A stretch of 64,000 bases of DNA, from the NCBI RefSeq assembly GCF_006345805.1, contig NC_043018.1:18414001-18478000 (forward strand). Direction: 5' to 3'. Within the stretch, counting starts at the first letter, position 1; every line of letters starts with the position of its first letter. Positions 39,660-53,253 of the stretch are shown here, piece after piece. Under the pieces are notes generated by a model that was given only the letters and a program-made list of their open reading frames with translations, did no database searches and was not told where the DNA came from. The position numbers were made by a program, and so were the translations under genes. The DNA is from Octopus sinensis. Its lineage: Eukaryota.

Positions 39660-40570
39660 GATGATGAGTGAAGTTTAATCAATCTTTACATTATTGATCC
39701 TTCAAGAATAAAAGACAATAAAAGTCAGTAGCAGCTTCGGTTGAACTTCAAAGACGCAAGAGAAACACGGAAATATTCAATGAGAAAGTCTACTATTCCA
39801 GTCAGTTCTTGTTTATCTAACAACCATAGAATAACAGTAAGATTCGGTAGTGTGTACCGTACTTTATGTTTTAGGTACTTGTGTAACTGAGGTAGATTTA
39901 GACACCCACTTAACTCTGCCGTCTTATTCCCCGATAGGACATTAACGATGTAACAGCTGGAAGAAGGAAATTGGTACTAAATTAGTAGATATTTTCAACC
40001 GAGTACAATCAACAAGGATCCATCACCAACATCAGTAAAGACCCCCATCAATCAAGTTAATGATGTGATATACCTTGATTCAGAGACAGCCTCAACTGAA
40101 AAGGACATAAAAACTTGGACAGCCAAAGTAAACTGGAGATTGTCTGGACGTCAATCTGTCAGACGACCTTATGAGGAATTTTTTTGCATACAATGGTAGG
40201 GTCAGTCCTTTTAAAAGGAGCAACAACTTGGAAGTTTAGCAAAAAACTGGAATTCAAGTTAGATGGAAGTTATACCTGAGTGTTAAGAGCAGTATTAAAT
40301 ATATCTTGGAGAACTCCTCCTTCCAAGAAACAGCTGTTTAGAGATCCCCTGCCTGTTTCCACTTGCACTTTGCAGGACATTGCTGGTGAGCTAAGCAGGA
40401 GCTGGAATGTGACCTACAGCTATGGTTGCCAAAGAATAACTGAAATGAACACGATGTCTGAACATAATATATGTAGATTGTCTGAACACAATGTAGGTAG
40501 ATCAAGTTACCAGAGACAGTGGACGCCTCCTCAAAGACCTGCCTCAACTAATGCAGGACTGAGATAGATG
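39660..40570 (+). pseudogene. Decayed RTE-type LINE RT fragment (second family)
   Basis: Remnants DSETASTEKDIKT and MLRAVLNISWRTPPSKKQLF resemble RTE TRMLRAVLNISWRQHPTKEQLY. Confidence 0.7.
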
Positions 40571-41188
40571 GCATGAGCAGGTTAAAAATGTCTGAGCAAG
40601 TTCAACCAGATGATAATGGCATGGGAACAACATGAAATGAAACACGTTCTTTAAGGCCATAATGCACTGCCAAGTCCAGGAATTGAACCTGCAATCATTA
40701 TGATCATAAGTCCAGCAGCTTAACCACTATACCACATGCCCCCCCTACCACATTATTGATATATTTACATCACAGCAAGAAAATCATCAAATAAGACAAT
40801 ACCTGGTATTCTACTAAAATGTGTGTGTGTGTGTGTGTGTGTGTGGTGTGCATGCATGCATGCATGTGGATAATGTTTCCAATACTACAATCCACGTCTA
40901 CTTTGAGCAAGTAGTGCTTGATTCTATAGCAGAAAAATCAAGTGGTGTTTAAATGGTAAATGGTTAGAAATCATCATCATCATCATTTAGCGTCCGCTTT
41001 CCATGCTAGCATGGGTTGGACGGTTCAACTGGGGTCTGTGAAGCCAGAAGGCTGCATCAGGCCCAGTCTGATCTGGCAATGTTTCTACGGCTGGATGCCC
41101 TTCCTAACGCCAAAATGAATTTTTTATTTCGGAACAAGTAAAAGATAAAGAATATTTACGGTTTAAGAGACGAAAGAATATTGTTTAC

Positions 41189-41259
41189 CTGTTGGCAGAA
41201 TTGACGCCATCTTTCATTAGACCTGACAGCTTGCGTTCTCCAGTTCGTGTGAAATCGCC
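41189..41259 (-). CDS. INPP5F: INPP5F/SAC2, next internal exon
   Basis: 71-nt exon, tatttttag acceptor and CAG|gtaaac donor. It encodes GDFTRTGERKLSGLMKDGVNSAN(R), the direct in-frame continuation of the 60685-60813 exon (human as recalled: GDFTRTGERKLAGVMKDGVNSANR). Too short for the ORF track. Intron 41260-60684 is 19,425 bp. Confidence 0.95.
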
Positions 41260-41721
41260 CTAAAAATACACAAAGTGAATATATTTATATAAACACAAAT
41301 ACACACAAGAGCTGAATAAAATAGATTTAGTTTATTTTTTTTATTATGACTAAGTCGTTACCTGTCACTGTGCTGCCAGTAAAAATATTTGTTATTTATG
41401 CACCTACCTTCATAAATTGTTCAGTGAAAGTCATTTTTTAAAGTCTGTGTTGTATTGTCTATATGTTGAAAGACATTGAAACACATGCATGAGCATGCAC
41501 ACATGTGCACACACACAGAAATATACACACATAAATAATCCCCCCAAATAATTATATATAATATATAAATATATAAAGACTACATGTAGTCTTTTTTGAA
41601 ATGTTTTGCATTGTGTTGACAGACTTGCACATAAAATTCCTGTGTTTTAAATCAAAACTTGTCAGTTACTTCAGTGACAACACTACCTATCTATCTATCT
41701 ATCTATCTATCTATCTCTCCC

Positions 41722-41755
<34 letters not shown>

Positions 41756-41797
41756 CATCTCTCCCTCTATCTATCTATCTATCTATCTCTCCCTCCC

Positions 41798-41843
<46 letters not shown>

Positions 41844-42154
41844 AATCTATCATACACACTCTCTCTTTCTCTCTTACTCTATTTCTCTGTCAACAACAAC
41901 ATTGTCTCTTTCTTCTAAAAATACATTGCTATGTATATTTTGATTCCTCCCTTCTTTCCTTTCCTTTAATCAATGTTGTGATGAACAAACGGACTGAGAT
42001 TTGCTTCTCTTTTATTGTATAAAATTAAATAAATACATAATCTTTACACATGTTTCACTAGCAAATTCTGGAAGATTAGCAACTACCATTTTCTCTCATA
42101 TTCATTACTATCAACGTATATATGCATGAGAGTTTGCCTGCATTCATGTATAAA

Positions 42155-42285
42155 CAGGGTGTCCCAAAAAAATGTATACACACCTTAAATAATTGTAAAT
42201 TTGTTATTCTTTGTAAGCCTAGTACTTATTCTATCGTTCTCTTTTGCCAAACCACTATGTGCATACATTTTTTGGGGACACCCTG
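42155..42285. mobile_element. Tc1/mariner-type MITE containing an internal SINE-A fragment
   Basis: TIRs CAGGGTGTCCCAAAAAAATGTATACACA / TGTGCATACATTTTTTGGGGACACCCTG; the interior includes ttattctttgtaagcctagtacttattctatcg. Confidence 0.75.
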
Positions 42286-42401
42286 TATATGTATGCATGT
42301 ATATGTGTGTGTGTGTATGTGTGTGCACGTGTGTGTGTGTGAGTATGTGTGTGTGTATGTGAATGAACTAAAATATAAAATCACTTGTTAAATTATCTCT
42401 G

Positions 42402-43637
42402 TACCAGGCTGAGTAAAAAGTAAGCAACGTTTTGAAACATTAAATTCATCACAATCTATTTCAACAGCGCAGATATTTTATTCACCAATGTAAGTACCAT
42501 CACAATCAACACATTTTTGCCAACGAGTTACAAGTTTTTATTTATTCCAGTAACATAAAAATCTGGAGTTCTGGAGCTGATGAACTCTTTGAATGCACTT
42601 TCAGCACCAGTTTGATTTTTGAACTTCTTCTCTTGCAGGAAACCATCAAAGTGTTTGAAAAAGTGGTAGCTGGTTGGAGAAAGGTCTGGGGAAGAACTTC
42701 ATAGCCAAGTTCCCTCAACTTCTGGAGCATCATTCGTGAAACATGTGGTCAAGCATTGTCATGAAGAAAAACTGGCCCTCTTCTGTTGACCAGTATGGGA
42801 CGGAGGAGTAGCAGTTTTTGTTCTTTTTGGCAGTTTCATGGCAATATATTTCTGCAGTAATGGTTTTTCCGGGCTTAAGAAGTTATAGTGGCTGAGTCCA
42901 GCAGCACACCACCAAACAGTCACCATAACCTTCTTTTTAAAGAGCTCAGATTTAGGGAAAGTTTACAGTGCTTCATTTTGGTCCAACCACAGTGGAAAAC
43001 GTTTTTCATTATTGTACAGAATCCACTTTTCATCGCAAGTTACAATACGGTCAAGAAATTGACTGGCCTGGTTACAAAGAAGCGACAAGCAAATTTCATC
43101 TCCGTGCATTTTCTGATTTTCATTCAAATCGTGTAGTACCCATTTGTCGAGCTTTTTTGATCTTCCAATCACATGCAAATGGTTGCAGGCAGTTTTCTGG
43201 CTAACGTGAAGTTCTTTTGCCAGTTCTTGAGTGGTTTTACATGGATCCTTCTCAATGACGGTCTTTAATTGACCGTCATCGATGACAGATGGGTATGTGA
43301 AATCATTTAAACCATTTTCGAGCTGACCACTCACTGGTCATTTCCTCACCAGATGTTTCATTGATATCATGAGCAGTTTCAGCTGCTTTACATCCATTTT
43401 TGAAGTTGAATAGCAAAATTACTTGAATATCGAGCCTTGACCGTTCCATTTTAGATGATTGTAACAATGGTAAAAAAACATCAGTGTTAATTTACTGATG
43501 CATTTGGGCAAGTCTATGTCCGTATTACCAGAAAATTGCAAAAAAAAAAAAATGTTTAAAAAATTCAAAACTCTGCAAAAATCTGCTTACAAATTCTTCA
43601 TGGTTCAAAACGTTGCTTACTTTTTACTCAACCTGAA
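42402..43637 (-). mobile_element. Near-full-length mariner transposon (inactive)
   Basis: TIRs of about 33 bp (ccaggctgagtaaaaagtaagcaacgttttgaa), about 1.24 kb. Disrupted transposase with DPCKTTQELAKEL, KKLDKWVLHDL and LDRIVTCDEKWILYNN. Confidence 0.92.
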
Positions 43638-45899
43638 ATATTGAAGAAATATAAATAATCATATGAATAATTCCAAAAATGATTTTTCTAATAAATATAA
43701 AAATAAATATAAAACAATAAATAGATAAATAGAAAAAATATTTTCCCTACTAAACCCCAAAATTAAATCTATTTTTAAGAAAATAACAACTCTTATCTCT
43801 GTTGTCTTGGATATAACCAAATCATAATTAAAATTTTTGGTACATTGGAGGCCTGTAGCAATCCCAGCACAACAAAGGCCATTGATGAAAAATTCATTTT
43901 TCATGAAAATGTTGTACTTTTAAAGAAAGTACAGTTTAGTGTTTTGTTTCAGAAATCAAGTTCTTTTTTAAGGAATAACTTTTAGGTGGAATCAGAAATG
44001 TTCTGAAGCAATTATTGTCTATAATTAGTAAAAAAAAAACAACAACAACAGTAAATGTTTTTATTACATACAGTCTAATATATAGATTAGATTACCATTA
44101 ATAGCAACACACTGTAGATTCTTTATATCAAAAAAAGAAAAAATCTTCATTCTTCTCTTTGGCAATTATGTGCTATTTTTTGATATTCTTCAAGAAGCAG
44201 TGTTGTTTTGTATACATTTTTATTGTACATACACACACACACACACACATAAACATATAGGGGCAGGCCTTGCTGTGTGATAAGAAATTTGCTTCCCAAC
44301 CATATGGTTCCAGGTTCAGTCCCAATGCTTGGCACCTTGGGAAAATGACTTCTCCACAAGCCTCAGCCCAACAATAGCCTTGAGAATGGATGTTTGCAAG
44401 AGAATGGGGTGAAGGAAGAGATAGGGAAAGAGGAAGAAGGAGGTAGGTAATAGTTGTGAAGGATTAGAGAAGGGTTGAAGAATTAATGTGGCACAGTGTG
44501 TGACAAAGCTGTACCTTTTGAATTACAGGTACAAATCACCTGACATGATTCAATGCAGTTTCCATATTTCCAATCTCACTCATAAGGTATAGGTTGATCT
44601 GAGGCTAAAGAAAATGACATTAGACCAAGATGCCACACAGTGGAATTGAACCCAGGACCCTCTGCCTATGAAGTGACCTTATTAACCACTCAGGTGTCCC
44701 ATTATTTATATTGTTATAGAAAGACATAATAGGCTTCTGTACAGTTTCCTTCCATCCAATTTCACTCACAAAGCAAAGATTGACTTAAGATTATATAAAA
44801 TAACATTTGCATAAGATGTCCCATGGTGGGATGGGAACCAGGATCCCATGGTTGTGTAGAAACATTCTTAACTATCTAGCCATAATGTGCATACCACCAG
44901 CAACAAAATGGTATGTATATGGTAAATTCTACAAACTTCTGTCGAATATATATTTCTTTTCATTCATTAACCCAACACAAAACTTACACATTTCTATTGA
45001 ATACCTGCCATTTTACATACAAACTCTAACAACCACATACACACACAACACTGCACACATATACATATGCACCCCTTCCAACACACACATATATACACAC
45101 ACTTTAATTCTACTCGTCTTAATATTCACTTTGAATATGACGCATACAATGAGTAGGAAAATTATACAGATTCCTCAGTAAACCAACACACGTCCTTACA
45201 AGCATACACATACACATGAAATGCACAAACACACATGTGTAGATATGTAATACAATGAGCACAAATGCGCATGCACACATGTACAAACATGCAACTATAT
45301 ACATGTGTACACACACATGCACAAACACACACACACATATATATACATATATATATACACACACACACATCCATCCATACAAGTACATATATATATGCAT
45401 ATAACACACAAACATATTTATCTATACAAACACATATATACATGCATGCAACACAGAAATGTATACATCCATGAAAAACAAATATATACACACATAACAG
45501 ACAAACTTCTATACATACACACACAAATACATATACAATATAATATGAAAACATACAGATCCATTGAAACAAATACACAAACACACACATACAATTACAT
45601 ATATAATATATATATATATATACACAAACACACATAATACACAAACATATAAATCTACACAAATACAAATACACACACACACACATACACACACATGCTT
45701 AACTGTTTTGCAGTTTCTACAGAAAGGAAGGAATGATTTAGTTATTGGCAGGATTTTAAATCAAGAGCAATTTTATATTTTGCTAAAGGATTAATGTAAA
45801 TGGGGAAAAGATTGAGGTCTTTTACCAATTCCAACTCCAGTGTAATTACTGCCTAATGAAAATTTCATTGAATCAAACTGTCCAAGAATATTCTGGAGA

Positions 45900-46300
45900 A
45901 TAAGAAGAACTGCATAGGAAATGTGTTTGGGTCTTTTATATTACAGAAGCTGGCCACTTTTTGTGTGTGTGTGTCTTGATCTCTGGAGACACATGACTCA
46001 GAGATCAGAGAATCGATTTGGTTTGAGCTGCCACTTTTCTGCATTGAGAGGCCACAGCTCTTGTACTCTGGACATATTATTAAAGTGCCTCTGGAAAGAA
46101 TGGCAAGATTGATTCTTCAAGCCAAGCCGATTGGTACAAAACCTACAGGTAGAGCAAGAATGAGGAAGTTTCTGTTAGTTATACTTGAGAATCCATCCAG
46201 AAAGTCTAATGATGTCTGCTTCTAGTAGGGTCCTATCAAAGAGTTGCCTGAGGGTTCTACCCTCACAAACCACCCAGGAATAGTGCTGGTGGGGAAGAAA
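45900..46300 (+). pseudogene. RTE-like LINE C-terminal fragment
   Basis: HIIKVPLERMARLILQAKPIGTKPTGRARMR resembles the RTE HVVRM..ERL..GKRPRGRPRTRW tail. Confidence 0.6.
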
Positions 46301-47063
46301 CAATAATTTGCATTGTCTCTAGCTGCCCAGACTGAATTGGGACCTATATACACTTGAAGCTAGGCCAACACTATGGAATGATAACAGAAAAAAAGATGAT
46401 GTAGGCATATCCCAGAGAAAGTCCCGGAGAATAACAAAGCAATTATACTCAGGGATATACCAATACACACCAATGCAAAAAAAGACCTTCACCTTGATGT
46501 AACAATCTCAACCAATGACAATTTATTTCTAAAGAAAATGAATAAAACTCTCAAAATACAAAGATCTCGAAATAGAGGTAACCCAAATGTTGAACCTAAA
46601 AACTGAAACAATACTTATAATAAATAGGTGCATTAGTTACAATTACAAACATACAAATACATAACAAGAAGACCAAGACTAACAAGTATATACAACATAC
46701 AGAAAATGGCACCACTAGGCACCGCAAACGTCCCACATAAAACACTTTCAATACAGTGAAAATAAGAGCACCACAACAAACAACAGTACACACCCAAGGC
46801 ACACAGAGCTGCACTCAGAAAGCATGGGATAAAAATAAGACTATTGAATAGTAATTTAAAATTTTGGCATAAGGCCAGCAATTTTAGGGGAGGAGTAAGT
46901 TGATTACATCGACCCCAGTGCGTAACTGGTACTTATTTTACTGACTCCGAAAGGATGAAAGGCAAATTCGACCTAGGTGGAATTAGAACCCAGAACATGA
47001 AGATGGATGAAATGCCGCTAAGCATTCTGCCTAGAGTGTTAACAATTCTGCCAATTTGACTCC

Positions 47064-47064
<1 letters not shown>

Positions 47065-47139
<75 letters not shown>

Positions 47140-47186
47140 CAATAATAATAATAATAATGATAATAATAATAATAATAATAATAATA

Positions 47187-47217
<31 letters not shown>

Positions 47218-47466
47218 AAACTGCTCATATCCTATGCAAAATACTTTCTATGTAATCTCAAGGTTTAAAACAAACATAATTTTCGGTTTAAAAAAAAAAT
47301 TTTTTTTTTTTAGACATTCATTAGTACAACACCAAAAACTCCCCCCCCCAAAATATATGGCACCCTAGGCATAACAACAACATGAACTTCCAACCTGTTG
47401 TCTCTCGAGGTCTCTGGGTGAGACTTGGAGCCAACTTGTACAAATATAAAGCAAAAGTCAAACATA

Positions 47467-47506
<40 letters not shown>

Positions 47507-47511
47507 AATAG

Positions 47512-47567
<56 letters not shown>

Positions 47568-47570
47568 GGA
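47065..47570. repeat. (AAT)n tracts
   Basis: Long ATA triplet runs at 47065-47215 and 47468-47565. Confidence 0.9.
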
Positions 47571-49440
47571 TTTCTGACATAAGCACACACTTTTTGGATA
47601 AAGATTACATGCAGCCGACTTAACTAATTCCAAAATACTTGATTGACACTTTGTTTCATGGACACCAGAGAGAAGGAAAAGTTGGCTCCAGGAGGATTTG
47701 AACAAAGAATGTAAAGGATTGCCACTAAATATCATAAGACATTTTGTCTACCATTCTACTAACCATGCAATTCTTCAGCTTCAATCAACAACAACAACAA
47801 CAACAACAAATTAAAAGCAACTAAATTAACGAATCACTTCTTTTGAAACAACCTGGTAAATGCTAGAAATATTCTTCTTGCCAAATTATGGTAAAGAATG
47901 GCTGACCTTAATTTACAACAACAACACTTACAACATTAGCAGCCACAGTGACAACAACAGCAATAACAACAACAACAACCTTCGCTCTTGCATGCAGCCG
48001 TTACAAGGACCAGTCACTATTAGCAACTTGTTTAGACGTTGTTTAGACATTGGCAAATCCAATATGTTTTATCAGAATATCGGATCAGTGCCTCACAAGT
48101 GTTTCTTATCTTATTTACAATTACACACATTGAATATTTCTATCCACTACGAGAAAGAAAAATATATATATAAAACCAACAAATAAATGCCAAAACAAAA
48201 GAACAAATATGAAAGATAATAACATATCCAAAACCCATTCAGTACAGCCGCCATCATAGAATTCCACAAATTATGGTGTTTTGTGTTTTTAGTACAAACA
48301 CCTTGAGGAGTTATTAAGTTGAATCCAACTTCACTCCACAAAAATGGTTTCACTACTTCACTTGGTGGTTTTTTTTTTTGTATTTTTATTTTATTTTATT
48401 CTAGTTTATTTTGTTCTGTTTTGTTTTGTTTTTGTTTTTCAAATGAAGTGAATGAGTTTGCAATTTCTGCAGAAATCTTATAAAAACAAAAAGGAAAGCC
48501 CCACAATACAGAAAACAGATCTTTTAATAATGAATTTCAGAAGCCAACAGCCAAAAGGGGAGAAACACACACACACACACACGCACACAAACAAAAATAA
48601 AAAGAACAGAAAAATCCTTCATAATATCTATAGTTATCAGCAAACGTAGAATAAATAATAGATATTGTAATAATGAAATTTCACTTCATTCCTCTCTCGG
48701 AAAAATAAAATAAACAAAAGCAAGAACAAAAAGTAATTCTAAAAATAATTTTGCAGTGAAAGAAATAATAAAGGCCAGAGGTATTTTGGGTTATTTTAAG
48801 GCTTTTTTGTTGTCATGTTTTGAGTGTTTAATAAGATAAACAATAGCAAGGAATACAAACTTTGTGAGGAATGGTAATTGTAATAACTTTGCAGCACGTT
48901 AACCTTGGTTTTGCACAAGATGATAACGGTAATGGTTGTGGTGGGCAGCAGTGTACTCTTTTACTCTGTTACTTGTTTCAGTCATTTGACTGTGGCCATG
49001 CTGGAGCACCGCCTTTAGTCGAGCAAATCGACCCCGGGACTTTTTCCTTTGTAAGCCTAGTACTTATTCTATCGGTCTCTTTTGCCGAACTGCTAATTGA
49101 CGGGGACGTAGACACACCAGCATCGGTTGTCAAGCAATGCTAGGGGGACAAACACAGACACACAAACATACACACACACACACATATATATATATATATG
49201 TGTGTGTGTTGCAAGAAGCAATAAAAATTTTGGAAGACAAAATAAATGAGTGGATATTGAACTGGTAAGTGTGTTAATTAATAAGGCATTAAAACAGAAT
49301 AACTCTTCCCAGACACAATAATATATATGTAGCATTTGGTATAATCATAAACAGGGAAAATTGTAGCCATTTCTACGCAGATTGAAAAAAATGATGAACA
49401 ACCTTAATCGATTTTCAAACCTTATTAGGTTTTCATCATC

Positions 49441-49472
<32 letters not shown>

Positions 49473-49926
49473 AATCAGAATCGAAATTGAACCAATCCTA
49501 TGACTGGCACCCGGCAGATGCCAGGACCCCTGGACTGGAGATACGTAAAAAGCACTATCTGAATCGTGGCCGATGCCAGCGCCGCCTCGACTGGCTTCCG
49601 TGTCGATGGCACGTAAAAAGCACCATCCGAATCGTGGCCGAAGCCAGTGCCACCTCGACTGGCTTCCGTGCAGGTGGCACGTAAAATGCACCAATCCGAC
49701 CATGGCCGATGCCAGCCTCACCTGGCACCAGTGCAGGTGGCACGTAAAAAGCACCCAACTACACTCATGGAGTGGTTGGCGTTAGGAAGGGCATCCAGCT
49801 GTAGAAACATTGCCAGATAAGACCGGAGCCTGGTGCAGCCTTCTGGCTTCCCAGATCCCCGGTCGAACCGTCCAACCCATGCTAGCATGGAGAACGAACG
49901 TTAAACGATGATGATGATGATAATGA

Positions 49927-50199
49927 TATATATTAGAAGAAATGAGGTAATCAGAAGATCGGATGGTTTATATTTACAGATATTTATTTATATATTACAT
50001 TTTTTATATATATATCATATCACTTAGATCATTAGCGCTTTCTCCCATTCTAGTGGGGTTTTCAAAACCCCACTAGAATGGGAGAAAGCGCTAATGATCT
50101 AAGTGATATGATATATATATAAAAAATGTAATATATAAATAAATATCTGTAAATATAAACCATCCGATCTTCTGATTACCTCATTTCTTCTAATATATA
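49927..50199. repeat. Perfect 273-bp palindrome (136-bp arms, 1-nt spacer)
   Basis: Symmetric about c50063 (GGGGTTTT-C-AAAACCCC); the arms are reverse complements with no mismatch or indel found. Confidence 0.93.
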
Positions 50200-50710
50200 A
50201 TACCTGTACATCATCTCCAAACCTTCCAATATATATATATATACACACACATAAATATATATATACACATAAATATATATATATATATAAAAATTTACTT
50301 TCTTGTCTGTAATATTTATATATATGTATGTATATATATATATATATATATCATGCATTTCTTTTACTTGTTTCAGTCATTTGACTGGGGCCATGCTGGA
50401 GCTCCACCTTTCAGTCAAAGAAATCAATTGCTGGACTTATTCTTTGTAAGCCTGGTACTTATTCAATCAGTCTCTTTTGAAGAACTGCTATATTACAGGA
50501 TGTAAACATACCAACATCAGTTGCCAAGTGATGGTGGTGGTAGTGGTGGGGAACAAACACAGACACAAAGACACACACACATATATATATGATGGGCTTC
50601 TTTCAGTTTCCATCTACCAAATCCACTCACGAGGCTTTGGTTGGCCCAAGGTCATAGTAGATGACACTTGCCCTAGGTGGTGGGTAGCAGGCTTCTTACC
50701 ACATAGCCAC

Positions 50711-51004
50711 TTCACCTGTGCTTCGAAGAACTTAACCTATGTTCTCAAATGTGGTGGAGACTACATAGGTCAAACTAATTTGACCTTGAGGGACAGACTA
50801 ACAGTACACGGGCAACAAATCAGGGACCCCACGATTAAGAAATTTCCTGTAAGTAAACACCTAAACCAATGCCCCACAAACATAAACCTGAAATACCAAA
50901 TCTTCCCTTTCTATCAATGCACCAGAAACACTTCAACCCAATTCTGCTTGAATAAGGAAAGGATGCTCATTGAAAAATATAAACCACAGCTGAACATCCT
51001 TTAG
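50711..51004 (+). pseudogene. Penelope-like GIY-YIG endonuclease C-terminal fragment
   Basis: FTCASKNLTYVLKCGGDYIGQTNLTLRDRLTVHGQQIR..VSKHL..ERMLIEKYKPQLN*. It is fused to a SINE-A at the 5' side and has no RT; a probable 3' terminal region runs to about 51540. Confidence 0.88.
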
Positions 51005-51644
51005 AAAGAAGAAAAACACTAAAGAGAAAAAGGAAAAAGACCCAATTTCTCCACAGAAAAAACAACCAGATACAACAGATATAATTAAAAAAAACTTTGG
51101 TAATAGTCTTCCACACAGATTTTGAAACCACAACTCCAAATCCCCATACAAACACCAGTTGCTGATATCACCTAACTCTCTAGACCAATGAAATTTTACA
51201 AACACCAGTTACTGACATCACCTAATTCTAGACCAATGAAATTTTACTTCCGATCAAAACTGAACTTCAGTAAATACAACAAAATAACCTTTTAAGAGAA
51301 TCAACCAATGGGAATGGCTGATGGCCATCCCCCACGGGGAAGCCAACCAGGCAGAACAACAAACTTGACCAGCAGAGAAATAAGACGTTACCAGGGTTTT
51401 AACAAATCAAAAATCAAATCCATTCACGGAAAAAATATATACATACACCAGATTAAAAAAAAAAACAAAAAAAAATGCCATGACAAGCAAAAGTCCCTGC
51501 ACACGATGGCAAAATAATCACAGAAAGTGTAAACAAATCACTCTTTTTACTTTCTTCATTTCTCCCTTGTTTTTCTCCCTCTCAACTCAGTATCACTGAA
51601 CCTTTGGTGATTCACATTTCTTATCGATCACTTCTAATACTCAG

Positions 51645-52090
51645 GCAGCGAGCTGTCAGAAACGTTAGTACACTGGGCGAAATGCTTAGTGGCATTTCAT
51701 CTGTCTTTGTGTTCTGAGTTCAAATTCCACTGAGGTCAACTTTACCTTTCATCCTTTCAGGGTTGGTAAATTAAGTACCTATTTCTTTATTACCCACAAG
51801 GGGCTAAACATAGAGGGGACAAACAAGGACAGACATAGGTATTAAGTTGATTACATCGACCCCAGTGCGTAACTGGTACTTAATTTATCGACCCCGAAAA
51901 AATGAAAGGCAAAGTCGACCTCGGTGGAATTTGAACTCACAATGTTTCGACAGACGAAATACCGCTAAGCATTTTGCCCAGTGCCTAAACGTTTCTGCCA
52001 GTTCGCCGCCTTAAATTAAGTACCAGTTGTGCACTGGGGTTGATCTTATCAACTGGCCCCCTCCCCAAAAAGTTTGGCCCTTGTGCCTAG
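51645..52090. mobile_element. SINE-B (-, 51780-52011) nested in an older SINE-B (+)
   Basis: 13-bp TSD taaattaagtacc (51767-51779 and 52012-52024). Confidence 0.85.
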
Positions 52091-52460
52091 AGTAGAATAG
52101 ATCACTTCTAACACTATTGAATTTTGTGTAGTTAAACAAGATGAGCCACATTTTTATATAATTGAGAGTTATGAACATTTAAATCATATTTGATATTATT
52201 GAAACTTGTAAACATTGAATCTTTTAAACAAGTTTTTCTAATTTAAAATTTTTGCCATTGATAAACAAATAAACAAAATTTGATAAACATTGATAAACAA
52301 AATTTTTGTCATTGATAAACAAATAATATTGTTGAAACTAGTTTGGGGTGTATGTAAATAAATTTATTTAAAAACGATTACAAGTTTCTCATATTTAGGT
52401 GCATTTTCAACCACAAATTTTCCTACATATATATATATGTGTGTGTATGTATATATATGC

Positions 52461-52535
<75 letters not shown>

Positions 52536-52544
52536 TATAAATAA

Positions 52545-53137
52545 TAATAAAATATTAGGGAATAAATCCAAACTTACAGGGAAAAATCAGATTTAGGATT
52601 GAATCTAATTTTATAGTAAAATATTATATTATATTAAATTAGAGATAAAACCACTATTAGGCAAATCATACAATGAAAAACTTAAGCCAATACATAAGAT
52701 TAATTAATTTATATTATTTTAAATATATATCAAAATTATTAAAAAAAGAAATGGGAAAGTGGAAAAACAATTTGAAATTGAATATTATTTACAGACAGAA
52801 TATTATTGCAGGTGTTTCATAGGTAGATCTGGCTTCGTGTTTTCTAATAACAAGTTACAGTAAAAGTAGAATATTTAAGAAGTTTAAGTTATGCTGAACA
52901 AATATACTATTATTCCTCAGCTGTCTTAGTGAGGATTCTTGCAGTTTTGACACCTTAACCAGGTATCTTCTGCAATATCCCTTTTTTTAATAATTTTGAT
53001 ATATATTTAAAATAATATAAATTAATTAATCTTATGTATTGGCTTAAATTTTTCATTGTATGATTTGCCTAATAGTGGTTTTATCTCTAATTTAATATAA
53101 TATATATATATATATGTGTGTGTATGTATATATATGC

Positions 53138-53172
<35 letters not shown>

Positions 53173-53206
53173 TGTGTGTATATGTATATATATATATATT
53201 ATATAT

Positions 53207-53253
<47 letters not shown>

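Noticed and set aside
47860-48186. 108-aa Asn-rich plus-strand ORF
   Set aside because: Built partly on (AAC)n repeats, with no recognisable domain or clear splice signals.
50055-50071. GGGGTTTT/AAAACCCC resembling ciliate telomeric repeats
   Set aside because: Only one unit per arm at the palindrome centre; no telomeric array.
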